Source: Epithemia pelagica
Lineage: Eukaryota > Protista > Bacillariophyta
Assembly (NCBI GenBank): GCA_946965045.2
Contig: OX337242.1
Coordinates: 620,001 to 684,000, forward strand
DNA length: 64,000 nucleotides
Reading direction: 5' to 3'
The number at the start of each line of letters is the position of its first letter. Position 1 is the first letter of the stretch. Below the pieces are notes generated by a model. That model did not search any database. It was given only the letters and a program-made list of their open reading frames with translations, and had not been told where the DNA came from. Both the position numbers and the translations under genes were made by a program. This document shows positions 42,917 to 55,000 of this stretch, piece by piece.

Positions 42917-43453
42917 ATGCGTTTCTCGATTCGAGTCTTGAACTTTTGGGGAGCTCTCCTTGTCATGGCAATGGTAGTTTCAAGTCCAGGTGCCTTGGCC
43001 AAGAACGATGGGTCCAAGCGGTATGGTGGCGATGGGTTCATTACGGTCAAGGCATTTGCCTCTGGTGAACAAGAGCTTCCCGATGAAGTCACTACCAAGA
43101 CAAGAGCTGTCATGTTCATGAATGTTCAACGAGACTATTCCCGAATCAAGTTTCGACTCCGAGTCATGAATGGTGTCGATGTGACCATGGCTCATTTGCA
43201 TTGCGGACAAGCCGGTTCCAATGGGCCTGTTCTGGTCGGTCTCTTTGAGGATATGGATGGTGTCCAAGTCAATGGTGTCTTGGCCTGCAACAACGAATTG
43301 CGCAATGCGGATATTGTGCCACAACAATGCGGAACTGTGTATGTCCAGAACGTGGCGAGTCTCTACGCAGCCGTTCGAAGCGGCGACGTCTACCTCAATG
43401 TTCACACCAAGGGCAATCCGGCTGGTGAAGTCCGCGGACAATTCTTTGTCTAA
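42917..43453 (+). CDS. Secreted stand-alone CHRD-domain protein, paralog 2
   Basis: Signal peptide from ATG 42917. Shares ASGEQELP, TMAHLHCG and YLNVHT..NPAGEVRGQFFV with paralog 1. Confidence 0.9.
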   Translation: MRFSIRVLNFWGALLVMAMVVSSPGALAKNDGSKRYGGDGFITVKAFASGEQELPDEVTTKTRAVMFMNVQRDYSRIKFRLRVMNGVDVTMAHLHCGQAGSNGPVLVGLFEDMDGVQVNGVLACNNELRNADIVPQQCGTVYVQNVASLYAAVRSGDVYLNVHTKGNPAGEVRGQFFV

Positions 43454-44216
43454 CAGAGAAACATCCAAAAGATGATGCGATAGCTTCCATCCAGCAGGCA
43501 GTGTACTATCCATCAGAGTACTTCATTTCGGCAATTTATCAGGCATCTTTGTTTCCCTGGTGCAGGTTAGATAACCAGACCGATGTATAATTCAATAAGA
43601 CTCGAGAACATACTTTGACACAAAACGAATTGAATGTATTTTGGCAAGCATACGAGAGCAAGTAACCACAGTTTGTCTTTCAGGTAGGAGAGTAAAGGAG
43701 GAACGTGATATTGTCCATCGAAAGTCTTTGAAGCAGCGTTTCCCAACTCAAGGTCCAAGCTAGAAAGGTCAAACGGATTGGCTTGGACGTTGGTATTGCG
43801 CCTCGAAACGGGTCCATAGAGAGGAAAATAGAAGGGTGGAGGAGCAAGAGGTGCTGGGATGAAAGGGATAGGTAAGCCTATCAAGGGTAGCTCTGATGCG
43901 GGACTTTCTAGATTCTCGAATCACGAATCGAGGATCTTGGTAATCACGATTTTACTCTGTCTCATTCAGTACAAAGATACGGATGGTGTTAAGTCGGAAG
44001 CTGGACAGAGTCAGGAGAAATCTTCCCTCATTGTTTTGGCTCCATCGGACAACAACCAACAAAACAACCACCACATCAAACTGACGTGAGTTCCATTGGA
44101 AGAAGGGTAAGTTTCTTCCATGTGTTTGAGACTGTCGAGTATTTTGTTCTACGGACTCAAAGTTGCACTGTTGTTCCTGTTCTATTTCCTCGACGTAGAG
44201 AAGTAGGAGAGACGTC

Positions 44217-46796
44217 ATGTTGGAACGACCTGCACTGAAGCCGCCGAAAGAGCAACAACAACGTGAGCATGGAGAATTCCAACACCATGCTGGTGACAAT
44301 GATGTGGAAGGATTGATGATGCCCCGAGAAGATGATCCCCTTTTGGTGGGGACGACTGGATCAGATTCGGAACAACCAAACGAGGACCACAACACTGCCA
44401 TCAAGATCCGCTACTCCACTGGCTCGAATACCAACGTAGTACTTGGTGTGGTGGCCGCCTTTGGGTGGATTTTGGCGATTGGTCTTGCTGTGATAGTACT
44501 TACCATGCCAAACACTCGTCCAGAGTCCTCTTTCTGGACGGCTCCAATGTCATCATCAGCTTCCTCCTCCATTGTGGAACCGCAAGGAACGTACACTGCA
44601 TCGTCCGTAACGTTTGATGAACAAGACCAAGCCCAGATTGATGCACAAAGTTTGCTTTCCGAATTGATGCGAGATCCAGTCATTTTAAAAATCTCCATGA
44701 AGACCACTCACGGCAACTACCAACGCATGTACCTCGAAGGTCATCAAGCCGAAACTCCAGATACTCCCACCATTCAATGGCGCAAGACACCCTCCAAGGC
44801 GGGCAACTTTTACTACCTGGAAGCGACTCCTTCGGCCGAACTACAACGGGACTGCCCCGTCCGCATGAACGTTACTTCGGTTCCTACCATTAATGTGACG
44901 GCGAATCCACCCCATATTTCCAGCTGCAACTTGTACGATTTTCGTCTCGTCATTTGGAACAATTTGACGTCGCAGGGTGCCACGGTACACTTTCATGGCC
45001 TCACGCCACCCAGCAATGAAGATGGCGTCCCCTTTACCAACAATGCCAATATCCATGCGCAAAATTTGCAATACTACCGCTTTGTCGAACTCACCTATGC
45101 CGGAATGCATTGGATGCATGCCCATACAGGCTTTCAAGAGGCCTATGGTGTCGCTGCTCCCATTATTTTTCAACATTCCGATACCTACCTCAAGGCCATT
45201 GGAATTGACAAGGACCAAGATGTCATTGCCGTGTTGGAGGAAGGATTTGTCTTTCCCAAATGTGCCTATTCCGTGTATTGGTATGAACAAGAATGTGGTC
45301 TGGAAAAGAATGACACACAAACGTCCTTGGGCTTGTACATTAACCGACAAGAGGCACCCATTGAATACTATCCATCGGCCAAGGCGAAAAAGATTCGCAT
45401 CCGATTCCTCAATGCCGGTTCCGAAGCTCCTTGGAGGATCACCAATGAATTTTCAAAAGCCTATGGCGGCGTGACTCCCAACATGACCATTATCGCCACT
45501 GACGGTAACGATGCGTATCATCGGCCTGCCTCTGTTCTCATGTCGACAGCCTTTGTGGAGACGGAAGACCTCGACTACTACTTTGCTGCAGATGGAACAC
45601 CAAGAGCCAAGAAACAAGCTCATGTCAATGCCGATGGAACTGTGTCTGATTTTGAACTCGGGATTGCCAACCGCATTGACGTCACAATTGAGTTGGATCC
45701 CCGATACGATGTTGTTATCACGGCTGTTCAAATGATGCATCGTGCCGATGTCACCAATCCAGCTCTTCGCCATATTATTTTGCACGGAGCAAACAATTCT
45801 CATCCCATCAATGCGACCAAGCTGAATCGGACGGGTACAGGCGTCTCTCTCATGTTTGACAATTTTGGAGTCTTGGATTCGCTCGAGGCGGTCCATCCTC
45901 TGGGCGACAAGACGGTGACAAGGAATATTACCGTCATGAATCGAGGAGGTGATCAATTTGGTGGATTCCCTCTGAGCATTTACAATGGCCTGCACATGAA
46001 CGTCAGTGACATGGACGGGAACCTCTACCCCACACCCAACTACACAGCACTCAATCATCTCAAGTATCAACTTCCTCCCTACAAGGTATACCGTCACAAT
46101 CTCACGGGAGAAACGATTAGTACTCGCCGGCCCTGTGAAAATTGTGCCAACGGAACCATGGGTTCCAGTGGCTTGAGAAACATTAGCTCGGTGAATTCAA
46201 AGATGCAACTCAATTCCCTAGGATATGGGGACGAAAAGGAGGAAGAGGACAATGGTTCAGCTGGCTACACCTCCTCACAAGGGAAATGTTGTTGGGAATG
46301 GTGCAATGTACCGCCCAGTCAATGTCCCTACTATGAGTTGGTGGATGTTTACGCGTACCAACCCAATGAGCACTACATTCCGGTTTGCTATGGTGACCGT
46401 GTTCGAATCTTGTTCATCAATAGTGCTTCGTACGAAGTTGAGGAAGGTCATCCCATGCATTTGCATGGCCATAACTTTGCCTTGAGGGAATTGTACAATG
46501 TCACCAACGGCCTGCTGTACAAAACCAAGGATTTTCAAGATGATGGACCCTTGCTGGATACAATCTGGGTGCCATGGGGTACGGCCGTGGCGTTTGATTT
46601 TGATGCCTACAATCCCGGAGAGTTTTTGTTCCATTGCCACAATGACTTTCATTTGGAAAATGGAATGATGACAACTGTCCGGTACATGTCTGGTGGGGAA
46701 TATGGATGCGACGAATTGACACAAACTTTTCATGGAAATGTCAATGACTACCCTGAGCAACTCTGTGCCATGACCGGGTGTAACGCAACTTCCTAG
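44217..46796 (+). CDS. Type II membrane-anchored multicopper oxidase
   Basis: All four Cu-binding motifs are present: HFHG, WMHAH, HPMHLHGH and HCHNDFHLENGM (axial Met). One N-terminal TM segment VVLGVVAAFGWILAIGLAVIVL. Many N-glycosylation sequons. Confidence 0.93.
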   Translation: MLERPALKPPKEQQQREHGEFQHHAGDNDVEGLMMPREDDPLLVGTTGSDSEQPNEDHNTAIKIRYSTGSNTNVVLGVVAAFGWILAIGLAVIVLTMPNTRPESSFWTAPMSSSASSSIVEPQGTYTASSVTFDEQDQAQIDAQSLLSELMRDPVILKISMKTTHGNYQRMYLEGHQAETPDTPTIQWRKTPSKAGNFYYLEATPSAELQRDCPVRMNVTSVPTINVTANPPHISSCNLYDFRLVIWNNLTSQGATVHFHGLTPPSNEDGVPFTNNANIHAQNLQYYRFVELTYAGMHWMHAHTGFQEAYGVAAPIIFQHSDTYLKAIGIDKDQDVIAVLEEGFVFPKCAYSVYWYEQECGLEKNDTQTSLGLYINRQEAPIEYYPSAKAKKIRIRFLNAGSEAPWRITNEFSKAYGGVTPNMTIIATDGNDAYHRPASVLMSTAFVETEDLDYYFAADGTPRAKKQAHVNADGTVSDFELGIANRIDVTIELDPRYDVVITAVQMMHRADVTNPALRHIILHGANNSHPINATKLNRTGTGVSLMFDNFGVLDSLEAVHPLGDKTVTRNITVMNRGGDQFGGFPLSIYNGLHMNVSDMDGNLYPTPNYTALNHLKYQLPPYKVYRHNLTGETISTRRPCENCANGTMGSSGLRNISSVNSKMQLNSLGYGDEKEEEDNGSAGYTSSQGKCCWEWCNVPPSQCPYYELVDVYAYQPNEHYIPVCYGDRVRILFINSASYEVEEGHPMHLHGHNFALRELYNVTNGLLYKTKDFQDDGPLLDTIWVPWGTAVAFDFDAYNPGEFLFHCHNDFHLENGMMTTVRYMSGGEYGCDELTQTFHGNVNDYPEQLCAMTGCNATS

Positions 46797-47760
46797 TGAA
46801 ACAAAGTCAAGGATCTGAGTGGGGAAATAGACATGAAATGCATATTTAGTTACGATCAATGTGTTAAAAAGATTCGAAATCACACGACCATTCTTCTAGC
46901 GTGATTGAGTGGAATTACAGTATTTCACTCCATCTTTTGGAGGCCAAAGGATGCGTAGACTTTTTCTTGAATGCATCTTGTTTCCTCCACATATTAGCAC
47001 CAGACACATGCTCTCATCTTGTCTTAAAAGGGCCACGACAATCCCGAGCCAAAGAGAGCTGTTCCAACGCCAAACGCGAGAGACAAGACGTTCGTATTGG
47101 GAATCATTGAGACGTACGTTGCGTCCATGATTTTCCGCTGCATAAAATTCTATTGTTATATGCATGCGCGTCCTCCAAGGGAGAGAGCCCGTAATTCGAT
47201 CATCATTATTTCGTTCCATACTAGCATCGTCTATTAGTTTAGTTCGAGAAGCGATACGTTCGTTTTGAAAATTTGCCGTGTACTAAAAATGTGAGACTTT
47301 TTTTCACCATCTCGGCGCGCGTTGGGGGATGGTGCGTCGTCATCACAGACTCCCCATATTCTGGGGAAGATCCCGAAATAATAAGGGGGATGAATTGTAA
47401 AGGAACGGGGGCAGTCTCCCCGAAAAGTTGAAACCGGCGTCGGACCTTCCTTCCAAGTTAAGTGTTGGATGGAAAGAGGAAGCGAACGAGATACCAATAC
47501 ACCAGACCATAGAACGACCCTAACACAAACACTGTTATATCCTTGTTGCAAGAACGACGCGCAAAAGAATACCAAGGAAGAGAGAGAGCAGCAGACGAAA
47601 ACGACCTCTCGACTCCAACAAACTGCTGGTTTCTCTTCTCATGAGTGTGGCTGCACCTTCTAGAATTCTAACTCGACAACCAGCAACCTCCACGACACCC
47701 CAATCACTCCAACTCCGCCACAAATAGACAACCACAACCACAACAACAAAACCAACAAGC

Positions 47761-50700
47761 ATGGGAGTTCCAGCCTTTTATCGTTGGTTGACCGAAAAGT
47801 ATCCGAAAATTGTGCAAGATGTCGTCGAAGAGCGGGTTCCCTTGGCACCAACTGGAACGAATACAGCAGCGGCTGGATTGGACATTAGCAAGGCCAATCC
47901 CAGTGGTTTGGAATGTCACGCCTTGTATTTGGATTTGAATGGGATTATTCATCCTTGTTCGCATCCGGAAACGGGTCCGCAACCGGCCACGGAAGCCGAC
48001 ATGTTTGACAATATTTGTCGCTACATTGATCGATTGATGCGGGCCATTCGACCGCGACAATTGCTCTATGTGGCCATTGATGGCGTAGCACCCCGCGCCA
48101 AAATGAATCAACAACGAGCCCGACGATTCCGTTCCGCGCAAGAAGCTCGTGAATACAAAGAATTGGAACGACAAATGCGTCAAGAAATACAAGAAGAAGA
48201 AGAAGACAATGACGGCATTCCCAAAGACAAGGAAGAAGACGATGCCTGGGATTCCAATGTCATTACACCTGGCACTCCGTTCATGTTGCGCTTGTCCACC
48301 TTTGTCCGATTTTATATTCGCAAACGCTTGTCGCACGATCGAGGTTGGAAGGGCTTGCAAGTCATTTTCAGTGACGCGAGTATTCCAGGCGAAGGCGAAC
48401 ACAAAATCATGTCGCACATTCGATTGCAACGGGCACAACCAGGCTACGATCCCAATCGAGTTCATGTCTTGCATGGGTTGGATGCGGACCTCATCATGTT
48501 GGCCTTGGCGACACATGAAGTGCAGTTTTATATCAGTCGCGAACAAGTCTTGTTTGGACGCAAATCGCACGAAACCATGGAAGCTCGACAGGCAGCCTCG
48601 GGACACAAACAACATCAACTCGCCTTGAATGAGTCGGTCGGGGACGCGGCCATGCAATTGTCCGAAAATGCGTGGTCCAAACCGTTGGAACGAGTGTCGA
48701 TTCCCATTTTGCGCGAGTATTGGACCGTGGAATTTGCTGGATTGTTGAATCCAGAACGATTGCCCAATTTTGCGCCCAATTTGGAACGCTTGATTGACGA
48801 TTTGGTCTTTTTGTGCTTCTTTGTGGGCAATGACTTTTTGCCCCACTTGCCCAGTTTGGATATTCGCGATGGGGCCTTGGATTATTTGTTCAATGTCTAT
48901 CAACGATTGTTGCCCACCTTGCCGAATTATATTACCAAATCGGGAGGACATGTCCATTTGCCCTCCGTCTCCTTGTTATTGCAACAAGTGGGTGCCATTG
49001 AAGATTATGTCTTTAGCATGAAACACGACAAGGAACAACAAATGCAACAACAACGAGCCGAACAAAAAAAGAACAACAACAACAAGAATTCCGCCACCAA
49101 GGGTCCACCACCACCACCACCTTCCACAATGCAAGCCAAACCAGTCCGACGAGGCCGTGCGGCGCAATTGTTGGCCGACAAACCAGGTCGAGCCTACGGA
49201 GAAGATACTTTGACGACGCACCGTCCGAAAGTGATTGTGCCATCCCACAGTCGTCCATCCAGTAAGAGCAACAACAAGGTGACAGCGGCCTCTCTTGCCG
49301 ACAATCAACAAGCGGCCATGGCACTCCAGCAAGCCTTGCAGCAAACTAACAACAACCCAAAGTCGAATGATGAATCGGCAGCAACAACCATGACAGATTC
49401 GAGACCACCCAACGACAACAAATCCGACCAAGATCCAGGAGGAAATGGAGCAACAGAGGGAATTCAGGAAGACGGAAACAAGAGCAAGAAACGCAAGGCC
49501 GACGATTCCTTGTCGCCGAAAGCGTCCAAGAAAGTAACAAATGATAAGGACAGCAAGGTCCCTCAAAACCAGCAAGTCGGCATGGTAGGCGAGGCTCAGG
49601 ATGAATTTGACAAAGATGACGATGAAGACGAAGACGAGGACGATCCGGATGCACCAGGAGGTGGTACGAACACCGCCACTCCTTCCATCACCACAACAAG
49701 TACCATCGTCAAGGCGGACCGATCTGCAGCTCTAGCGGTCGCCTTGAAAGAACGGGTCAAGGCGGCCCAACAAAAACAATTGGATGAGTATGCAGCCAAT
49801 GTCAAAGACAATGTCCGATTGCACGAAGCGGGATGGAAAGATCGGTATTATACCGACAAGTGCAAGGCAGAAGATGTCGCTGCCCATGGGGGACGAGAAC
49901 ATTTGTTTCGATCCTACGTGGTTGGATTGTGTTGGGTCATGAAATATTACTACGATGGATGTCCCAGTTGGAAATGGTACTATCCCTTTCATTATGGTAT
50001 GTGATGTGTGTGCGTGTTTGTGTCGATGGTGCAGGCCAATACTGCCTGGATATACAGTGGTATCCTTAACGACAGAGGAGAATGACTTTGCATATCTTCG
50101 TGTTTAGTGAGAAGAATTGGGTGGGTTGCACTAACATTTTCTATTTTCTTGTTACTTTATCAGCACCCTTTGCATCGGACTTGCAAAACATTGAGCGTTT
50201 TCAAAAAGACGTACGAGCCTTGGAATTGAGCAAACCATTCAATCCCGTGGAACAGCTAATGGCTGTACTACCAAGTGACTCAGCGCATGCTATTCCACAG
50301 GCGGCACGATGGCTCATGTGCGATCCAGAAAGTCCAATCATTGACTTTTATCCCAAGGACGTACCCGTAGATCCCAACGGCAAAGCGATGCCATGGCTTT
50401 GGGTTGTTTTACTACCTTTTATTGAGGAAGAACGATTGTTGGATGCCATGATGCCAACCATGTCCAAATGGACCAAGGAAGAATTACTTTGTAACGCGCG
50501 GGGTATGGACGATGGATACCTCTATGTTCACAAATCTCATGGCTTGGTCAAAAAGTTAGCACCAGTCGTGGCCAAGGGCAAAAGTGCGAAGGACCCCAAA
50601 ACCCGACTTACCAACACGGCTGCCTATGGTGTGGCCGGGTTTTCGGGGTCTGTACGGGCACCACTGAGCAACGAACTCTATCCTGTCGAAACGGGGGAGG

Positions 50701-51713
50701 GAGAGGAACTCACCGTGGTCAAACTTCCACCCACGGCATCCAGCATTGAGAATCCCGGCTCCGATGGACTGTTCACTGAAGACTTGGAGGGTAATCTAGC
50801 TGTCTGTGTAGCGTTTTCGGAACCATCCAAACTTCCTCACAAGAGCGTCTTGTTGCCGGGTGCACGACCGATGGCGCCCGTCTTGACAGAAGAAGACAAG
50901 CAGATACGTAAGCCCCGACTGGGGAAGGGTGGTTCAATTGCTAACATGGGAGGCGGCAACATGAACAACAACAATAGTCACCAATCAGGGTACGGATCCA
51001 TGAACATTGGTTCCTACGAACGAGACTTGGCAGGTCAAACGGGACGGGGGAATCAAATGTACCAAGCTGGAACGCGTTCGTGGGGCGCAATGGAACCCAC
51101 ACCAAAAAATCGACGTCCACCTCCGCCGCCTCCTCCCAATCCATTCCTAGCGCAACCAAATCAGCAGCAACAACCACCACCACCTCAGAGATGGCCATCC
51201 TCGCAGGGAAACCATTTGCAACAGCAGCAACACTACAACAACAATTCAAACCACGAGAGACAGGGGTACGACAATTACTATGCTCAACGAAATGGGGGTT
51301 CTTATCATCAACAACAACGACAGTGGCAACAACCATCACCCACCGGGTATGGCAACAACAATGGCCGAAGTGGCTTTCATCCGAACAATAACAATAACCG
51401 GCCTGGCTATGGAAATGACAACCACTCAGGTCGTTCAGGGTCCTTTCCGAATCAATCCACGCGTCCTCAACAACCTCCCCCTCGTGGGCCACCACCACAA
51501 CAGCAGCAACAGCCACAACATCAAGGGTTTAGTTTTCGAAATCAGATGTATGGAGCACCAGCAGGACGACCCAATCAGCCGCCACAACAGCAACGGTCAC
51601 GCGCGAGTGCCGATGCCATGCAAACGCTTCGTGCGCAATTGTCCAACACGTTGATGCGGAAACAAACTCAAAATGGATCCAGTGGTCAAGGCAATACCAA
51701 TTACAGGTACTAA
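47761..51713 (+). CDS. XRN2: 5'-3' exoribonuclease, XRN2/Rat1-like, 2 exons
   Basis: Motifs MGVPAFYRWL, LYLDLNGIIHPCSH, DGVAPRAKMNQQR, PGEGEHKI and GNDFLPH. Intron 49997-50163 (GTATGT...CAG, branch CTAAC) joins YPFHY|APFASD. The XRN2 versus XRN1 call rests on length and architecture. Confidence 0.92.
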
Positions 51714-52098
51714 CCTCGAGTCCCAAACACGTTGGGTTATGTTCTTCCTTTATGTACATAGCTTGGCATGGTTCTAGAGACAACAAGGATTCTAAAGGCG
51801 ATCAGTCATGTGTCTGGTTTATCCTATGACAAGTTAGGCATCAGTCGATTGTCGTTGCAATAGAAAAGTCTACTTGTAATGTTTCGCTCTAGTTACTTTG
51901 TCATATTGTCTATTAGCTGTGTGTTAATTTGTAGAGGATGTCATAGTTTGAAATTTGGCACTTGCTAGCGCTATTTGCGTTGGTGTTCTCGATGACTCTG
52001 TGTCGTCATGCATGCTCCTGTCTCTGGAATATTTTGTTCTCTTCATATTGAAAGATATATTTTTTGCTTCGGCTCTTCTCACCCTCTTTTATATTTTG

Positions 52099-55000
52099 TT
52101 ATGGATCCGTCAAGTCGTCTGTTGGTATTTCTCGACTCTCTTGTCCATCGGACTCATCTACGTTGCTTCCACCTATCGAAGTCTCTTGTTTCGGTACTTC
52201 ATCAAACTGATGCCTTAGCAGTTGCAAATGCCACTGTGTTCGACCGTTGTCTTCCATTTGTTGGACTGCCTGAATACCCCATCCAGATCGCGAAAATATC
52301 CGTAATGCCGCCATAGAGGCACGTACCAAGGGAAATTGAAATGGATGAACCAAATCTAGTTCGGAATTCAGGTCCGCCGAATGGGAAGGATCAAGTTGCT
52401 CTGTCGATTGGCGACGCAACGCAATGCGAGTAGAAAGCAACAAATTTTCGTCTTTGCCCTTGTCACTCTGCCATTGAGATGATACATGCAGCAACTCACT
52501 ACCGTCATTGCCAGAGACAAGGACTGTCACAGGAAGCAATGATGGGTTTTTCACATATTCCATATCTTCAGGTCCATAAGACATGATAAACACATCATCT
52601 GAATCGCTGTTTATAACAATGACGCCATGGGTATTGGTGTTTTGCTTCAATTTCGCTGATTTGTCAACAAAACTGCAAGATCCCCGATGGACAAATTGAA
52701 TCGTATGGTTAGGACAAGTCTCTTCTTCATCTTCATCGTGTCTCTCAACGGACTCTGGTTTCACATCAGCACCAGCACAACCAAAGGAATTTTCGGGATC
52801 AGGTTCCAAAAGGTTTCCTTCGACAATCAGGTCATCACGCTCTGCCAAATGAGCCATATGGGTAGGACCAAATAGTGCTGGCGTCTGCTCATGGACAAGA
52901 CAACAAGAGAAACGCATGAGGACTCACAGACAAACATCCATCAATGCAATCAATACTCATTTTTACTTACACAGGGCACCCGATGCAATAACTTCTCGCT
53001 TGTCGACTTGTTGTCGGGGGCTGATTTTTGTTCGACCAATTCCACGTTGCACGTAAAACTATTGCTGTTCGTATCGCCCATGACGACAACACGACTGTCT
53101 TGATGCTCGTCATGCTCCGCAACTTTGGGAAAGACAGCATGCACCATGAAAAAGACGGTTCTCGAATGTTCTTCATGAACAAACGTACTCGTCAAAACAT
53201 CTCCGGTATCCAAGTGTTCCACAGCAAATCCCGATCCTGCGTCAAATGCCTTGATTTGAAAGTGACCCATTTCAGTTTGAATGCCAGTCACTCCCCCTTC
53301 ACTGTCTTCCATGTAACCGTTTGCCTCCTCGATCCTGGATCCATGCATAGAGTGCGATTGCGTTTGCTCGTGTTGCTGTGAATGTTGGTGACGTCGTTGG
53401 CTTGAGTTGTGCGACGCCGTTTGTTCTTGTTTGGAGGTGCTGGTTGGTTTGGTGGTCGCTACGCGACAGGACTTGGGTAGACGGCTGTGCCACCACTCGA
53501 CAGCATTGTCATTTGGATATCGTACGGGCCACGAATGATAATGGGCCAGTGCATAGGTTGGAGCCAAGAGGACCGGTTCGTGCTGGCTTGTCGTGTCATG
53601 CTCGTCGTCCTCCTCCTCTTCCTCCGAAAGAGCAGTGCTCGAGCGAGAAATGAATCGGGGGACATAATCTAGGGCACCTCCCTGCAAGGCATGCATCCAC
53701 AACAACTCTGGCGCCTGAAGGTTGGGACAAGCTTGAGGCAAATGCCAGGCCGAGTCCAAACTCCAAGGAGACCACATCCAAAAGAGTTCACTCGTCGGAT
53801 CCACCATGGACGACTCCAACGGATTCGTCATGCGCGACGGTTGGTGATTTCGTGGTTCCAGGACGGATCCCACTACGGACCCAAAAAAGATGTCGTCGTC
53901 GTACTGTTCGTCTTGTTCGTCCACAACCTGCTCTTGTTTTTGGCGAACATTGAGCATGCCCTTGTGATAGGAACTTCTTTGTGAATTGGTTTCCTTATAC
54001 CGGTTCGTAGTAGACGACGATGGTTGGTATTGAGGTGGCACCACATGAATCCGTTCTCCTTTAATCCTTTGTTTCAACAACTGTTCCAACCAAACCAATC
54101 CACGATCGTCCTTGTCGTCTTGCATACCATGTTTCTTGTCTTCGTTATCCTTGGAGCCGATGCGACCATGGTTGGCTGCCTCGTTGTTCATATTACTTCC
54201 CGGACTAATGGTGGTGGTATGAATCGGATGGGCTTCGGTGGTAAAGACCCAATTGCGTGTCCAGGCATCTTGATGCAATCGATTGTCCGGGTCAAAGGTG
54301 AGATACAAGTACTTGAGTGTTTCGGTGAGAAAAAAGCTAGGCATTTCGTCCATGCGTTTCACGTTCAACAACGAGTCGGGAGGACCATATGGGTGGTCAT
54401 GGTTGGATGGTGGTACGACAGGGGGGATCCGTCCCGTGGAATGAGGTCGAACATCCGACAAGGAGGCAAAGCCACACGGGGCTCGTGTATAGTGTTGCAA
54501 TTGAGCCAAGGCAAAGTCCGAAGCCCACAACCACCCCGAAGACGACGACGAAGAAGAAGGTCCATGATTTGTGGATGCTTGTGCCGTGGTTCCCACGAGG
54601 GCACACTGCAAAAAGTAGGCCGATTCGAGCAATTCGGGTCGTAGCAAGTGTTTGCCCGCACCGGCCCCATGATCGACTCTCCAGTGTTGGTAGGAAAAGC
54701 GTTCGGGCAAAAATCCCAAGTATTCCCGAACGAGAAAAAAGGCATTGAGGGATCGAGCGGCGGGTGCGACATGACCCACCCCCAATTGCATTCCGGGAAC
54801 AAAGGCCGTCAAGGCTTCCAAGACTTGTCGTCCCACCACACGAGCACCCGCTTGCATATCGGCATCGACATACCAATCGCCACGTCGCAATTCATGCAAG
54901 AGTCCCGAATAGACAGTCACAAATAAAATCCAAAACTCTTGATCCATTGCAAAAAAGGGAAGATTTTTGGAATACAAGGAACCCACAGAGGGCCGTGACA

